Assembly (NCBI GenBank): GCA_964016885.1
Contig: OZ024743.1
Span: forward strand, 183,768,001-183,832,000
Direction: 5' to 3'
From: Eledone cirrhosa
Taxonomy: Eukaryota
Length of the DNA: 64,000 bases
Shown: positions 15,001 to 28,086 of the stretch, one piece after another
Layout: each line of letters begins with the position of its first letter
How positions within the stretch are numbered: the first letter of the stretch is position 1
Notes under the pieces: model-generated
Seen by the model: the letters and a program-made list of their open reading frames with translations, nothing else
Told to the model about the DNA's origin: nothing
Databases searched by the model: none
Made by a program: the position numbers and the translations under genes

Positions 15001-18000
15001 AGTGTCTATAACAAGACGTACCTAGTGTCTATAACAAGACATACCTAGTGTCTATAACAAGATATACCTAGTGTCTATAACAAGATATACCTAGTGTCTA
15101 TAACAAGATGTACCTAGTGTCTATAACAAGCCGTACCTAGTGTCTATAACAAGACATACCTAGTGTCTATAACAAGACATACCTAGTGTCTATAACAAGA
15201 CAAACCTAGTGTCTATAACAAGATATACCTAGTGTCTATAACAAGATATACCTAGTGTCTATAACAGGTCATACCTAGTGTCTATAACAAGATATACCTA
15301 GTGTCTATAACAAGACATACCTAGTGTCTATAACAAGACATACCTAGTGTCTATAACAAGACATGCCTAGTGTCTATAACAAGACATACCTAGTGTCTAT
15401 AAACAAGATATACCTAGTGTCTATAACACGACATACCTAGTGTCTATAACAAGATATACCTAGTGTCTATAACAAGACATACCTAGTGTCTATAACAAGA
15501 TAAACCTAGTGTCTATAACAAGATATACCTAGTGTCTATTATAGGATATACCTAGTGTCTATAACAACATATACCTAGTGTCTATTATAGGATATACCTA
15601 GTGTCTATAACAAGACATACCTAGTGTCTATAACAAGATATACCTAGTGTCTATAACAATACATACCTAGTGTCTATAACAAGACATACCTAGTGTTTTT
15701 GACAAGACATACCTAGTGTCTATAACAATACATGCCTAGTGTTTTTGACAAGACATACCTAGTGTCTATAACAAGACATACCTAGTGTCTATAACAAGAC
15801 ATACCTAGTGTCTATAACAAGACATAGCTAGTGTCTATAACAAGACATAACTAGTGTCTATAACAAGACATACCTAGTGTCTACAACAAGACATACCTAG
15901 TGTCTATAACAAGACATACCTAGTGTCTATAACAAGACATACCTAGTGTCTATAACAAGACATACCTAGTGTCTATAACAAGACATACCTAGTGTCTATA
16001 ACAAGACATACCTAGTGTCTATAACAAGATATACCTAGTGCCTATAACAAGATATACCTAGTGTCTATAACAAGACATGCCTAGTGTCTATAACAAGATA
16101 TACCTAGTGTCTATAACAAGACATGCCTAGTGTCTATAACAAGACATACCTAGTGTCTATAAACAAGATATACCTAGTGTCTATAACACGACATACCTAG
16201 TGTCTATAGCAAGATATACCTAGTGTCTATAACAAGACATACCTAGTGTCTATAACAAGATATACCTAGTGTCTATAACAAGATATACCTAGTGTCTATT
16301 ATAGGATATACCTAGTGTCTATAACAAGATATACCTAGTGTCTATAACAAGACGTACCTAGTGTCTATAACAAGACATACCTAGTGTTTTTGACAAGACA
16401 TACCTAGTGTCTATAACAATACATGCCTAGTGTTTTTGACAAGACATACCTAGTGTCTATAACAAGACATACCTAGTGTCTATAACAAGACATACCTAGT
16501 GTCTATAACAAGACATAGCTAGTGTCTATAACAAGACATAACTAGTGTCTATAACAAGACATACCTAGTGTCTACAGCAAGACATACCTAGTGTCTATAA
16601 CAAGACATACCTAGTGTCTATAACAAGACATACCTAGTGTCTATAACAAGACATACCTAGTGTCTATAACAAGACATACCTAGTGTCTATAACAAGACAT
16701 ACCTAGTGTCTATAACAAGATATACCTAGTGCCTATAACAAGATATACCTAGTGTCTATAACAAGACATGCCTAGTGTCTATAACAAGATATACCTAGTG
16801 TCTATAACAAGACATGCCTAGTGTCTATAACAAGACATACCTAGTGTCTATAAACAAGATATACCTAGTGTCTATAACACGACATACCTAGTGTCTATAG
16901 CAAGATATACCTAGTGTCTATAACAAGACATACCTAGTGTCTATAACAAGATATACCTAGTGTCTATAACAAGATATACCTAGTGTCTATTATAGGATAT
17001 ACCTAGTGTCTATAACAAGATATACCTAGTGTCTATAACAAGACGTACCTAGTGTCTATAACAAGACATACCTAGTGTCTATAACAAGATATACCTAGTG
17101 TCTATAACAAGATATACCTAGTGTCTATAACAAGATGTATCTAGTGTCTATAACAAGATGTACCTAGTGTCTATAACAAGACGTACCTAGTGTCTATAAC
17201 AAGACATACCTAGTGTCTATAACAAGACATACCTAGTGTCTATAACAAGACAAACCTAGTGTCTATAACAAGATATACCTAGTGTCTATAACAAGATATA
17301 CCTAGTGTCTATAACAAGACATACCTAGTGTCTATAACAAGACATACCTAGTGTCTATAACAAGACATACCTAGTGTCTATAACAAGACATACCTAGTGT
17401 CTATAACAAGACATACCTAGTGTCTATAACAAGACATACCTAGTGTCTATAACAAGACATACCTAGTGTCTATAACAAGATATACCTAGTGCCTATAACA
17501 AGATATACCTAGTGTCTATAACAAGACATGCCTAGTGTCTATAACAAGATATACCTAGTGTCTATAACAAGACATGCCTAGTGTCTATAACAAGACATAC
17601 CTAGTGTCTATAAACAAGATATACCTAGTGTCTATAACACGACATACCTAGAGTCTATAACAAGATATACCTAGTGTCTATAACAAGACATACCTAGTGT
17701 CTATAACAAGATATACCTCGTGTCTATTATAGGATATACCTAGTGTCTATAACAAGATATACCTAGTGTCTATTATAGGATATACCTAGTGTCTATAACA
17801 AGACATACCTAGTGTCTATCACAAGATATACCTAGTGTCTATAACAATACATACCTAGTGTCTATAACAAGACATACCTAGTGTTTTTGACAAGACATAC
17901 CTAGTGTCTATAACAATACATGCCTAGTGTTTTTGACAAGACATACCTAGTGTCTATAACAAGACATACCTAGTGTCTATAACAAGACATACCTAGTGTC

Positions 18001-21000
18001 TATAACAAGACATGGCTAGTGTCTATAACAAGACATACCTAGTGTCTATAACAAGACATACCTAGTGTCTACAACAAGACATACCTAGTGTCTATAACAA
18101 GACATACCTAGTGTCTATAACAAGACATACCTAGTGTCTATAACAAGACATACCTAGTGTCTATAATAAGATATACCTAGTGCCTATAACAAGATATACC
18201 TAGTGTCTATAACAAGACATGCCTAGTGTCTATAACAAGATATACCTAGTGTCTATAACAAGACATGCCTAGTGTCTATAACAAGACATACCTAGTGTCT
18301 ATAAACAAGATATACCTAGTGTCTATAACACGACATACCTAGTGTCTATAACAAGATATACCTAGTGTCTATAACAAGACATACCTAGTGTCTATAACAA
18401 GATATACCTAGTGTCTATAACAAGATATACCTAGTGTCTATTATAGGATATACCTAGTGTCTATAACAAGATATACCTAGTGTCTATAACAAGACGTACC
18501 TAGTGTCTATAACAAGACATACCTAGTGTCTATAACAAGACATACCTAGTGTCTATAACAAGACATACCTAGTGTCTATAACAAGACATACCTAGTGTCT
18601 ATAACTAGATATACCTAGTGTCTATAACAAGACATACCTAGTGTCTATAACAAGATATACCTAGTGTCTATAACAAGATATACCTAGTGTCTATAACAAG
18701 ATATACCTAGTGTCTATAACAAGATATACCTAGTGTCTATAACAAGACATACCTAGTGTCTATAACAAGACATACCTAGTGTCTATAACAAGACAAACCT
18801 AGTGTCTATAACAAGATATACCTAGTGTCTATAACAAGATATACCTAGTGTCTATAACAAGATATACCTAGTGTCTATAACAAGATATACCTAGTGTCTA
18901 GAACAAGACATACCTAGTGTCTATAACAAGATATACCTAGTGTCTATAACAAGACGTACCTAGTGTCTATAACAAGATATACCTAGTGTCTATAACAAGA
19001 TATACCTAGTGTCTATAACAGGACATACCTAGTGTCTATAACAAGACATACCTAGTGTCTATAACAAGACATACCTAGTGTCTATAACAAGATATACCTA
19101 GTGTCTATAACAAGATATACCTAGTGTCTATAACAAGACATACCTAGTGTCTATAACAAGATGTACCTAGTGTCTATAACAAGATATCCCCACTGTGTAT
19201 AACATGACATACTTAGTGTCTATAACAAGACATACCTAGTGTCTATAACAAGACATACTTAGTGTCTATAACAAGACATACCTAGTGTCTATAACAAGAT
19301 ATACCTAGTGTCTATAACAATACATACCTAGTGTCTATAACAAGACATACCTAGTGTTTTTGACAAGACATACCTAGTGTCTATAACAATACATGCCTAG
19401 TGTTTTTGACAAGACATACCTAGTGTCTATAACAAGACATACCTAGTGTCTATAACAAGACATACCTAGAGTCTATAACAAGACATACCTAGTGTCTATA
19501 ACAAGACATAGCTAGTGTCTATAACAAGACATACCTAGTGTCTATAACAAGACATACCTAGTGTCTACAACAAGACATACCTAGTGTCTATAACAAGACA
19601 TACCTAGTGTCTATAACAAGACATACCTAGTGTCTATAACAAGACATACCTAGTGTCTATAACAAGATATACCTAGTGCCTATAACAAGATATACCTAGT
19701 TTCTATAACAAGACATGCCTAGTGTCTATAACAAGATATACCTAGTGTCTATAACAAGACATGCCTAGTGTCTATAACAAGACATACCTAGTGTCTATAA
19801 ACAAGATATACCTAGTGTCTATAACACGACATACCTAGTGTCTATAACAAGATATACCTAGTGTCTATAACAAGATATACCTAGTGTCTATAACAAGATA
19901 TACCTAGTGTCTATTATAGGATATACCTAGTGTCTATAACAAGATATACCTAGTGTCTATAACAAGACGTACCTAGTGTCTATAACAAGACATACCTAGT
20001 GTCTATAACAAGACATACCTAGTGTCTATAACAAGATGTACCTAGTGTCTATAACAAGACATACCTAGTGTCTATAACAAGACATACCTAGTGTCTATAA
20101 CAAGACAAACCTAGTGTCTATAACAAGATATACCTAGTGTCTATAACAAGATATACCTAGTGTCTATAACAAGATATACCTAGTGTCTATAACAAGACAT
20201 ACCTAGTGTCTATAACAAGATATACCTAGTGTCTATAACAAGACGTACCTAGTGTCTATAACAAGATGTACCTAGTGTCTATAACAAGATATACCTAGTG
20301 TCTATAACAAGATATACCTAGTGTCTATAACAAGACATACCTAGTGTCTATAACAAGACATACCTAGTGTCTATAACAAGACATACCTAGTGTCTATAAC
20401 AAGATATACCTAGTGTCTATAACAAGATATACCTAGTGTCTATAACAAGACGTACCTAGTGTCTATAACAAGATGTACCTAGTGTCTATAACAAGATATC
20501 CCCACTGTGTATAACATGACATACTTAGTGTCTATAACAAGACATACCTAGTGTCTATAACAAGACATACTTAGTGTCTATAACAAGACATACCTAGTGT
20601 CTATAACAATACGTACCTAGTGTCTATAACAAGATATACCTAGTGTCTATAACAAGATATACCTAGTGTCTATTATAGGATATACCTAGTGTCTATAACA
20701 AGACATACCTAGTGTCTGTAACAATACGTACCTAGTGTCTATAACAAGACATACCTAGTGTCTAAAACAAGACATACCTAGTGTCTATAACAAGACATAC
20801 CTAGTGTCTATAATAAGACATACCTAGTGTCTATAACAAGACAAGCCTAGTGTCTATAACAAGACATACCTAGTGTCTATAAACAAGATATACCTAGTGT
20901 CTATAACACGACATACCTAGTGTCTATAACAAGATATACCTAGTGTCTATAACAAGACATACCTAGTGTCTATAACAAGATATACCTAGTGTCTATAACA

Positions 21001-24000
21001 AGACGTACCTAGTGTCTATAACAAGATGTACCTAGTGTCTATAACAAGATATACCTAGTGTCTATAACAAGACATACCTAGTGTCTATAACAAGACATAT
21101 CTAGTGTCTATAACAAGACATACCTAGTGTCTATAACAAGATATACCTAGTGTCTATAACAAGATATACCTAGTGTCTATAACAAGACGTACCTAGTGTC
21201 TATAACAAGATGTACCTAGTGTCTATAACAAGATATCCCCACTGTGTATAACATGACATACTTAGTGTCTATAACAAGACATACCTAGTGTCTATAACAA
21301 GACATACTTAGTGTCTATAACAAGACATACCTAGTGTCTATAACAATACGTACCTAGTGTCTATAACAAGATATACCTAGTGTCTATAACAAGATATACC
21401 TAGTGTCTATTATAGGATATACCTAGTGTCTATAACAAGACATACCTAGTGTCTGTAACAATACGTACCTAGTGTCTATAACAAGACATACCTAGTGTCT
21501 AAAACAAGACATACCTAGTGTCTATAACAAGACATACCTAGTGTCTATAATAAGACATACCTAGTGTCTATAACAAGACAAGCCTAGTGTCTATAACAAG
21601 ACATACCTAGTGTCTATAAACAAGATATACCTAGTGTCTATAACACGACATACCTAGTGTCTATAACAAGATATACCTAGTGTCTATAACAAGACATACC
21701 TAGTGTCTATAACAAGATATACCTAGTGTCTATAACAAGACGTACCTAGTGTCTATAACAAGATGTACCTAGTGTCTATAACAAGATATACCTAGTGTCT
21801 ATAACAAGACATACCTAGTGTCTATAACAAGACGTACCTAGTGTCTATAACAAGATGTACCTAGTGTCTATAACAAGATATCCCCACTGTGTATAACATG
21901 ACATACTTAGTGTCTATAACAAGACATACCTAGTGTCTATAACAAGACATACTTAGTGTCTATAACAAGACATACCTAGTGTCTATAACAATACGTACCT
22001 AGTGTCTATAACAAGATATACCTAGTGTCTATAACAAGATATACCTAGTGTCTATTATAGGATATACCTAGTGTCTATAACAAGACATACCTAGTGTCTA
22101 TAACAATACGTACCTAGTGTCTATAACAAGACATACCTAGTGTCTAAAACAAGACATACCTAGTGTCTATAACAAGACATACCTAGTGTCTATAATAAGA
22201 CATAACTAGTGTCTATAACAAGACATACCTAGTGTCTATAACAAGACGTACCTAGTGTCTATAACAAGACATACCTAGTGTCTATAACAAGACATACCTA
22301 GTGTTTTTGACAAGATATACCTAGTGTCTATAACAAGACATAACTAGTGTCTATAACAAGACATACCTAGTGTCTATAACAAGACATACCTAGTGTCTAT
22401 AACAAGATATACCTAGTGTCTATTATAGGATATACCTAGTGTCTATAACAAGACATACCTAGTGTCTATTATAGGATATACCTAGTGTCTATAACAAGAC
22501 ATACCTAGTGTCTATAACAAGATACACCTAGTGTCTATAACAAGACATGCCTAGTGTCTATAACAAGATATACCTAGTGTCTATTATAGGATATACCTAG
22601 TGTCTATAACAAGACATGCCTAGTGTCTATAACAAGATATACCTAGTGTCTATTATAGGATATACCTAGTGTCTATAACAAGACATACCTATTGTCTATA
22701 ACAAGATATACCTAGTGTCTATAACAATACATACCTAGTGTCTATAACAAGACATACCTAGTGTTTTTGACAAGACATACCTAGTGTCTATAACAAGACA
22801 TACCTAGTGTCTATAACAAGACATACCTAGTGTCTATAACAAGACATAGCTAGTGTCTATAACAAGACATACCTAGTGTCTATAACAAGACATACCTAGT
22901 GTCTATAACAAGACATACCTAGTGTCTATAACAAGACATACCTAGTGTCTATAACAAGATATACCTAGTGCCTATAACAAGATATACCTAGTGTCTATAA
23001 CAAGACATGCCTAGTGTCTATAACAAGATATACCTAGTGTCTATAACAAGACATACCTAGTGTCTATAAACAAGATATACCTAGTGTCTATAACACGACA
23101 TACCTAGTGTCTATAACAAGATATACCTCGTGTCTATAACAAGACATACCTAGTGTCTATAACAAGATATACCTATTGTCTATAACAAGGTATACCTAGT
23201 GTCTATTATAGGATATACCTAGTGTCTATAACAAGATATACCTAGTGTCTATAACAAGACGTACCTAGTGTCTATAACAAGACATACCTAGTGTCTATAA
23301 CAAGATATACCTAGTGTCTATAACAAGATATACCTTGTGTCTATAACAAGATGTACCTAGTGTCTATAACAAGACGTACCTAGTGTCTATAACAAGACAT
23401 ACCTAGTGTCTATAACAAGACATACCTAGTGTCTATAACAAGACAAACCTAGTGCCTATAACAAGATATACCTAGTGTCTATAACAAGATATACCTAGTG
23501 TCTATAACAAGACATACCTAGTGTCTATAACAAGATATACCTAGTGTCTATAACAAGACATACCTAGTGTCTATAACAAGACATACCTAGTGTCTATAAC
23601 AAGACATACCTAGTGTCTATAACAAGACATACCTAGTGTCTATAACAATACATACCTAGTGTCTATAACAAGACATACCTAGTGTCTATAACAAGACATA
23701 CCTAGTGTCTATAACAAGACATACCTAGTGTCTATAACAAGATATACCTAGTGTCTATAACAAGATCTACCTAGTGTCTATTATAGGATATACCTAGTGT
23801 CTATAACAAGACATACCTAGTGTCTATTATAGGATATACCTAGTGTCTATAACAAGACATACCTAGTGTCTATAACAAGATACACCTAGTGTCTATAACA
23901 ATACATACCTAGTGTCTATAACAAGACATACCTAGTGTTTTTGACAAGACATACCTAGTGTCTATAACAAGACATACCTAGTGTCTATAACAAGACATAC

Positions 24001-25290
24001 CTTGTGTCTATAACAAGACATAGCTAGTGTCTATAAAAAGACATACCTAGTGTCTATAACAAGACATAGCTAGTGTCTATAACAAGATATGCCTAGTGTC
24101 TATAACAAGACATGCCTAGTGTCTATAACAAGACATACCTAGTGTCTATAAACAAGATATACCTAGTGTCTATAACAAGACATACCTAGTGTCTATAACA
24201 AGACATACCTAGTGTCTATAACAAGATGTACCTAGTGTCTATAACAAGACAAACCTAGTGTCTATAACAAGATATACCTAGTGTCTATAACAAGATATAC
24301 CTAGTGTCTATAACAAGATGTACCTAGTGTCTATAACAAGACATACCTAGTGTCTATAACAAGACAAACCTAGTGTCTATAACAAGATATACCTAGTGTC
24401 TATAACAAGATGTACCTAGTGTCTATAACAAGATATACTTAGTGTCTATAACAAGATATACCTAGTGTCTATAACAAGACATACCTAGTGTCTATAACAA
24501 GACATACCTAGTGTCTATAACAAGATATACCTAGTGTCTATAACAAGACATACCTAGTGTCTATAACAAGACATGCCTAGTGTCTATAACAAGACATACC
24601 TAGTGTCTACAACAAGACATACCTAGTGTCTATAACAAAATATACCTAGTGTCTATAACAATACATACCTAGTCTCTATATCAAGACATACCTAGTGTCT
24701 GTATCTAGACATAGCTAGTGTCTATAACAAGACATACCTAGTGTCTATAACAATATATACCTAATGTCTATAACAAGATATACCTAGTGTCTATAACAAG
24801 ACGTACCTAGTGTTTTAACAAGACATACCTAGTGTCTATAACAAGATATAGCTAGTGTCTATAACAAGACATACCTAGTGTCTATAACAAGACATGCCTA
24901 GTGTCTATAACAAGATATACCTAGTGTCTATAACAAGACATACCTAGTGTCTATAACAAGACATACCTAGTGTCTACAACAAGACATACCTAGTGTCTAT
25001 AACAAAATATACCTAGTGTCTATAACAAGACATACCTAGTGTCTTTAACAAGACATACCTAGTGTCTATAACAAGACATATCTAGTGTCTATAACAAGAC
25101 ATACCTAGTGTCTATAACAAGACATACCTAGTGTCTATAACAAGATATACCTAGTGTCTATAACAAGACATACCTAGTGTCTATAACAAGATATACTTAG
25201 TGTCTATAACAAGACATACCTAGTGTCTATAACAAGACATACCTAGTGTCTATAACAAGATATACCTAGTGTCTATAACAAGACATACTT
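1..25290. repeat. 23-bp satellite array, consensus AACAAGA(C/T)ATACCTAGTGTCTAT, ~1100 copies, runs off the left edge
   Basis: Continuous head-to-tail repeats read directly. Recurrent variant monomers include TATTATAGG, TTTTTGAC, the +A form TATAAACAAG, and CCCCACTGTG. The array ends abruptly at ~25290. Confidence 0.99.
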
Positions 25291-25861
25291 AGGAGTTTTC
25301 ATTTGCTCAACATACAAAGAAGGTAATTAAATTCCTTTGTCCAATTAAAACAGCAATAGCAACAATAAATTATAAATTTATAAATTACATTTATAGTATT
25401 GTTTTATTGTTTTTGTTCTTCTAAAGTTCTGTTGCCACATTTTACGTTGCTGAAGACAGTTTTTATATATTATTGGGCTCTTGCCAGCAATAATGATGTC
25501 AATAACATTGAATGTATTTATATTTTTGAGGCCTAATTGCTGTGCCATATACATCAAGATTACTGGATATATCAACTATTAAACAAACTTTAAAATTTAT
25601 GGTTTTCATAAGAGAAATCTTATAGTTTAGGTCTTTTACTGATATGTAAAAGTAATTAAAGATTACAATGATATTTTGATAATATATTTCTTGGTTATAA
25701 TTATATAAATGACATAAGTATATATGTGTGGGTAACTTTGGAAAAATAACAATTTACAGAGACAAATGTATGGTTAGAACCCAGGAATTTTTGATTAGAA
25801 AGAGAATTTTTTATTGTAGCAATATGACTGAGATAGGAATGGCATTGTTTGTATCTATGTC

Positions 25862-26135
25862 ATGATCATCATCACAATTTAATATCCATTTTTCCATGCT
25901 TGCATGGGTTAGACAGATCGGCCATGCCGGAAGGTAAGTCTGGCCATGTCACACCTTGCTCTGGCAAGGACTGTAAATTTAGCTGGGTATTTAACAGCTG
26001 AATACCCTTTATAACACCAACCACATTTACAGTGTGGAACTGGATGGCTCCGTTATGAAAAAGGAACAGGCCAATTGGCCGCACTGAACCCGTCTCACAA
26101 TGGAACCATAGTTTTGTAGCCCAACCCATCTCATA
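25862..26135 (-). mobile_element. 3' portion of a SINE/LINE-derived repeat with a (TGA)n-type tail
   Basis: The reverse complement ends ...ACCCATGCAAGCATGGAAAAATGGATATTAAATTGTGATGATGATC, similar to the + strand tail at 27900-27940 (CCTTGCAAGCAGGGAAAAGTGGATGTAAAATGACGATGAT). Confidence 0.6.
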
Positions 26136-26317
26136 GTAGAACCATAGCTGTGTGCATGTGCAAATTTTAAAAAGTTATATATATATAAATATATATATGT
26201 CGGATGGTAGCTGAGATGCTTCCATAGGCGGTATGCCGGTTGAGCACTCTATGCTCTTACAGAGCAGAGTATGATATAATATAAATATATATATATCATC
26301 ATTATCATCATCATAAA

Positions 26318-26318
26318 T

Positions 26319-26350
<32 letters not shown>
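26318..26350. repeat. (GAT)n microsatellite
   Basis: Direct; it explains the spurious poly-His ORF. Confidence 0.95.
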
Positions 26351-26699
26351 ACAAACACACATGGCATATTATTATGGCTGGTAGTTTGATGTCTTGTTAT
26401 TCTGGGTTTAAATCCCGTCAGAATTCAGCTGTTATATTCCAACACTTTCGTATAGACAGAAACCAATAATATAAATATAGACAGGAACCAGTGATATATA
26501 ATGTAGAGGATTCCATCAAACAAACCGTTCTATTATGATAAACAAAAGGTCATCCCAAACACACACACACACACAATTTTTCCTTATGCAACCCTACTCA
26601 ACAATAAAATATATCTGGCCTAAACTATTCAAAATGTGTAGCTTTAATATAATTCTCAAGGAGATTCACCATGACAGCAGGTGGAGTCTGTCTGACAGG

Positions 26700-26838
26700 C
26701 ATCCAAACAGTTTCTGTCTACCCAATTATACTGACAAGTCATGGGTTAACCTGAGGCTATGGTAAAAGACACTTGACCAAGATTTCACACTGTGGTATTC
26801 AACCTGGGACTTAATGATTGTGAAATGAACCTCTTAAC
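26700..26838 (-). mobile_element. Degenerate tRNA-derived SINE, 5' part
   Basis: The reverse complement reads CATGGCCAAATTGTTAAGAGGTTC...CCCAGGTTGAATACC...TCTTGGTCAAGTGTCTTTTACCATAGCCTCAGG...TGGGTAGACAGAAACTG, homologous to the + copy starting at 26945. Confidence 0.7.
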
Positions 26839-26944
26839 AATTTGGCCATGCTGTGTCTACAATTTATAGAGAAAAGATGAGTAAACAAACAAATGATTAA
26901 TCATGTTTTCACTTTAGCTATTTCCATATAAACCCCAAACCTGA

Positions 26945-27265
26945 ATAGTTAAGAAGTTTACTTCATAATCAGAAGGTCCTGGGTTTGATCCTACTATGTG
27001 ACATCTTGGGCTAATATCATTTACTTTCGCCTCAGGCTGACCCATGTCTTATCAGGGAAACTGGGTAGACAGAGATTGTTTGGAAGCCCATCAGATGGGC
27101 TGTAGCTGTAATTCAAAGGGCCGACCTTGTCACTGAATCTCCCTTAGAATTATGTTATGGATACACATGCCTATGGAATGCTCATCGACTTACACATTAA
27201 TTTCATGAGTAGGCTGTTCATTAATTGAACAACTGACACAGACATTGTTGAAACCACTAGAAGTC
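26945..27265 (+). mobile_element. Degenerate tRNA-derived SINE
   Basis: B-box-like GGTTTGATCC, then a CORE-like CATCTTGGGCTAA...GCCTCAGGCTGACC...TGGGTAGACAGAGA segment. The 3' boundary is approximate. Confidence 0.65.
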
Positions 27266-27619
27266 CTTCAATCAATTAACTTCGTAAGGAAAAAAATAAA
27301 TTTGTGTATTTCTTATGAACTACTTTTAAAGAAAATTCATTCTTATAAAACTCTGCCTTTGTTGTTTTATTTCTGGAATGTTCTTGCTTTGAATGCTGGA
27401 AGTTTATTCAACATCTGCTAAAATCTACTAATAAATACTTATGAAAGCAATAACTTTTCCAATGCAGCTACCGCTTTCAAATGATATCCACTTTAATTTT
27501 ATTTCTAGTACATATGTTTACCTTCTAGTCTCTTTTGTATTTCCCTCTCTTTTCCTCTCTTTTATCAACTTTGCTATCTTTTATTTCTTCCCCCTCCCTC
27601 TCTCTCTCATATATATATT

Positions 27620-27940
27620 GGAGGCACATGGCTTAGTGGTTAGAGCATTGGCCCTGCAATCGAAAGGTTGTGAGTTCAATTCTCAGACCAGGTGATGTGT
27701 TGTTTCCTTGAGCAAGACACTTTATATCACATTGCTCCAGTTTACTCAGCTGTAGAAATGAGATGATAGGGACTGGGGTCCCTCAAAGTGGTCGTGGAGG
27801 TGCCACAGCAAAAAAGCACCCAGCACTCACTGTAAATGAGGTTGGTGTTAGGAAGGGCATCCAGCTGTAGAAATCAAGCCAGAATCAGTTCCCGTCCCAC
27901 CCTTGCAAGCAGGGAAAAGTGGATGTAAAATGACGATGAT
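27620..27940 (+). mobile_element. tRNA-derived SINE
   Basis: A box TGGCTTAGTGG (27629), B box GTTCAATTC (27674), CORE-like CCTTGAGCAAGACACTT, and a 3' tail ending ATGACGATGAT. Confidence 0.85.
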
Positions 27941-28052
27941 CACACATATCACTTTTAATTATCTTTTTTTCCACTCCTTTCCCTTCTCACATTTCCTCTC
28001 CTCATCTTTATATGTATTCCGTTTCTTCTCATAATTTTGTTGGTGTTTCAAA

Positions 28053-28086
28053 CTGATTTTTCCTCTCTGTTTTCTTATTTTTCCAG
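28053..28086 (+). promoter_or_regulatory. 3' splice site: branch point-like CTGAT, polypyrimidine tract and CAG acceptor
   Basis: aaCTGATttttcctctctgttttcttattttttcCAG|AAG immediately precedes the long ORF. Confidence 0.85.

Noticed and set aside
1-25290. CRISPR array interpretation of this and the other short-period arrays
   Set aside because: Monomers are contiguous with no unique spacers, there are no cas genes, and the context is eukaryotic.
27620-27695. tRNA gene
   Set aside because: A and B boxes are present, but the acceptor stem does not pair and the sequence continues into a SINE body.
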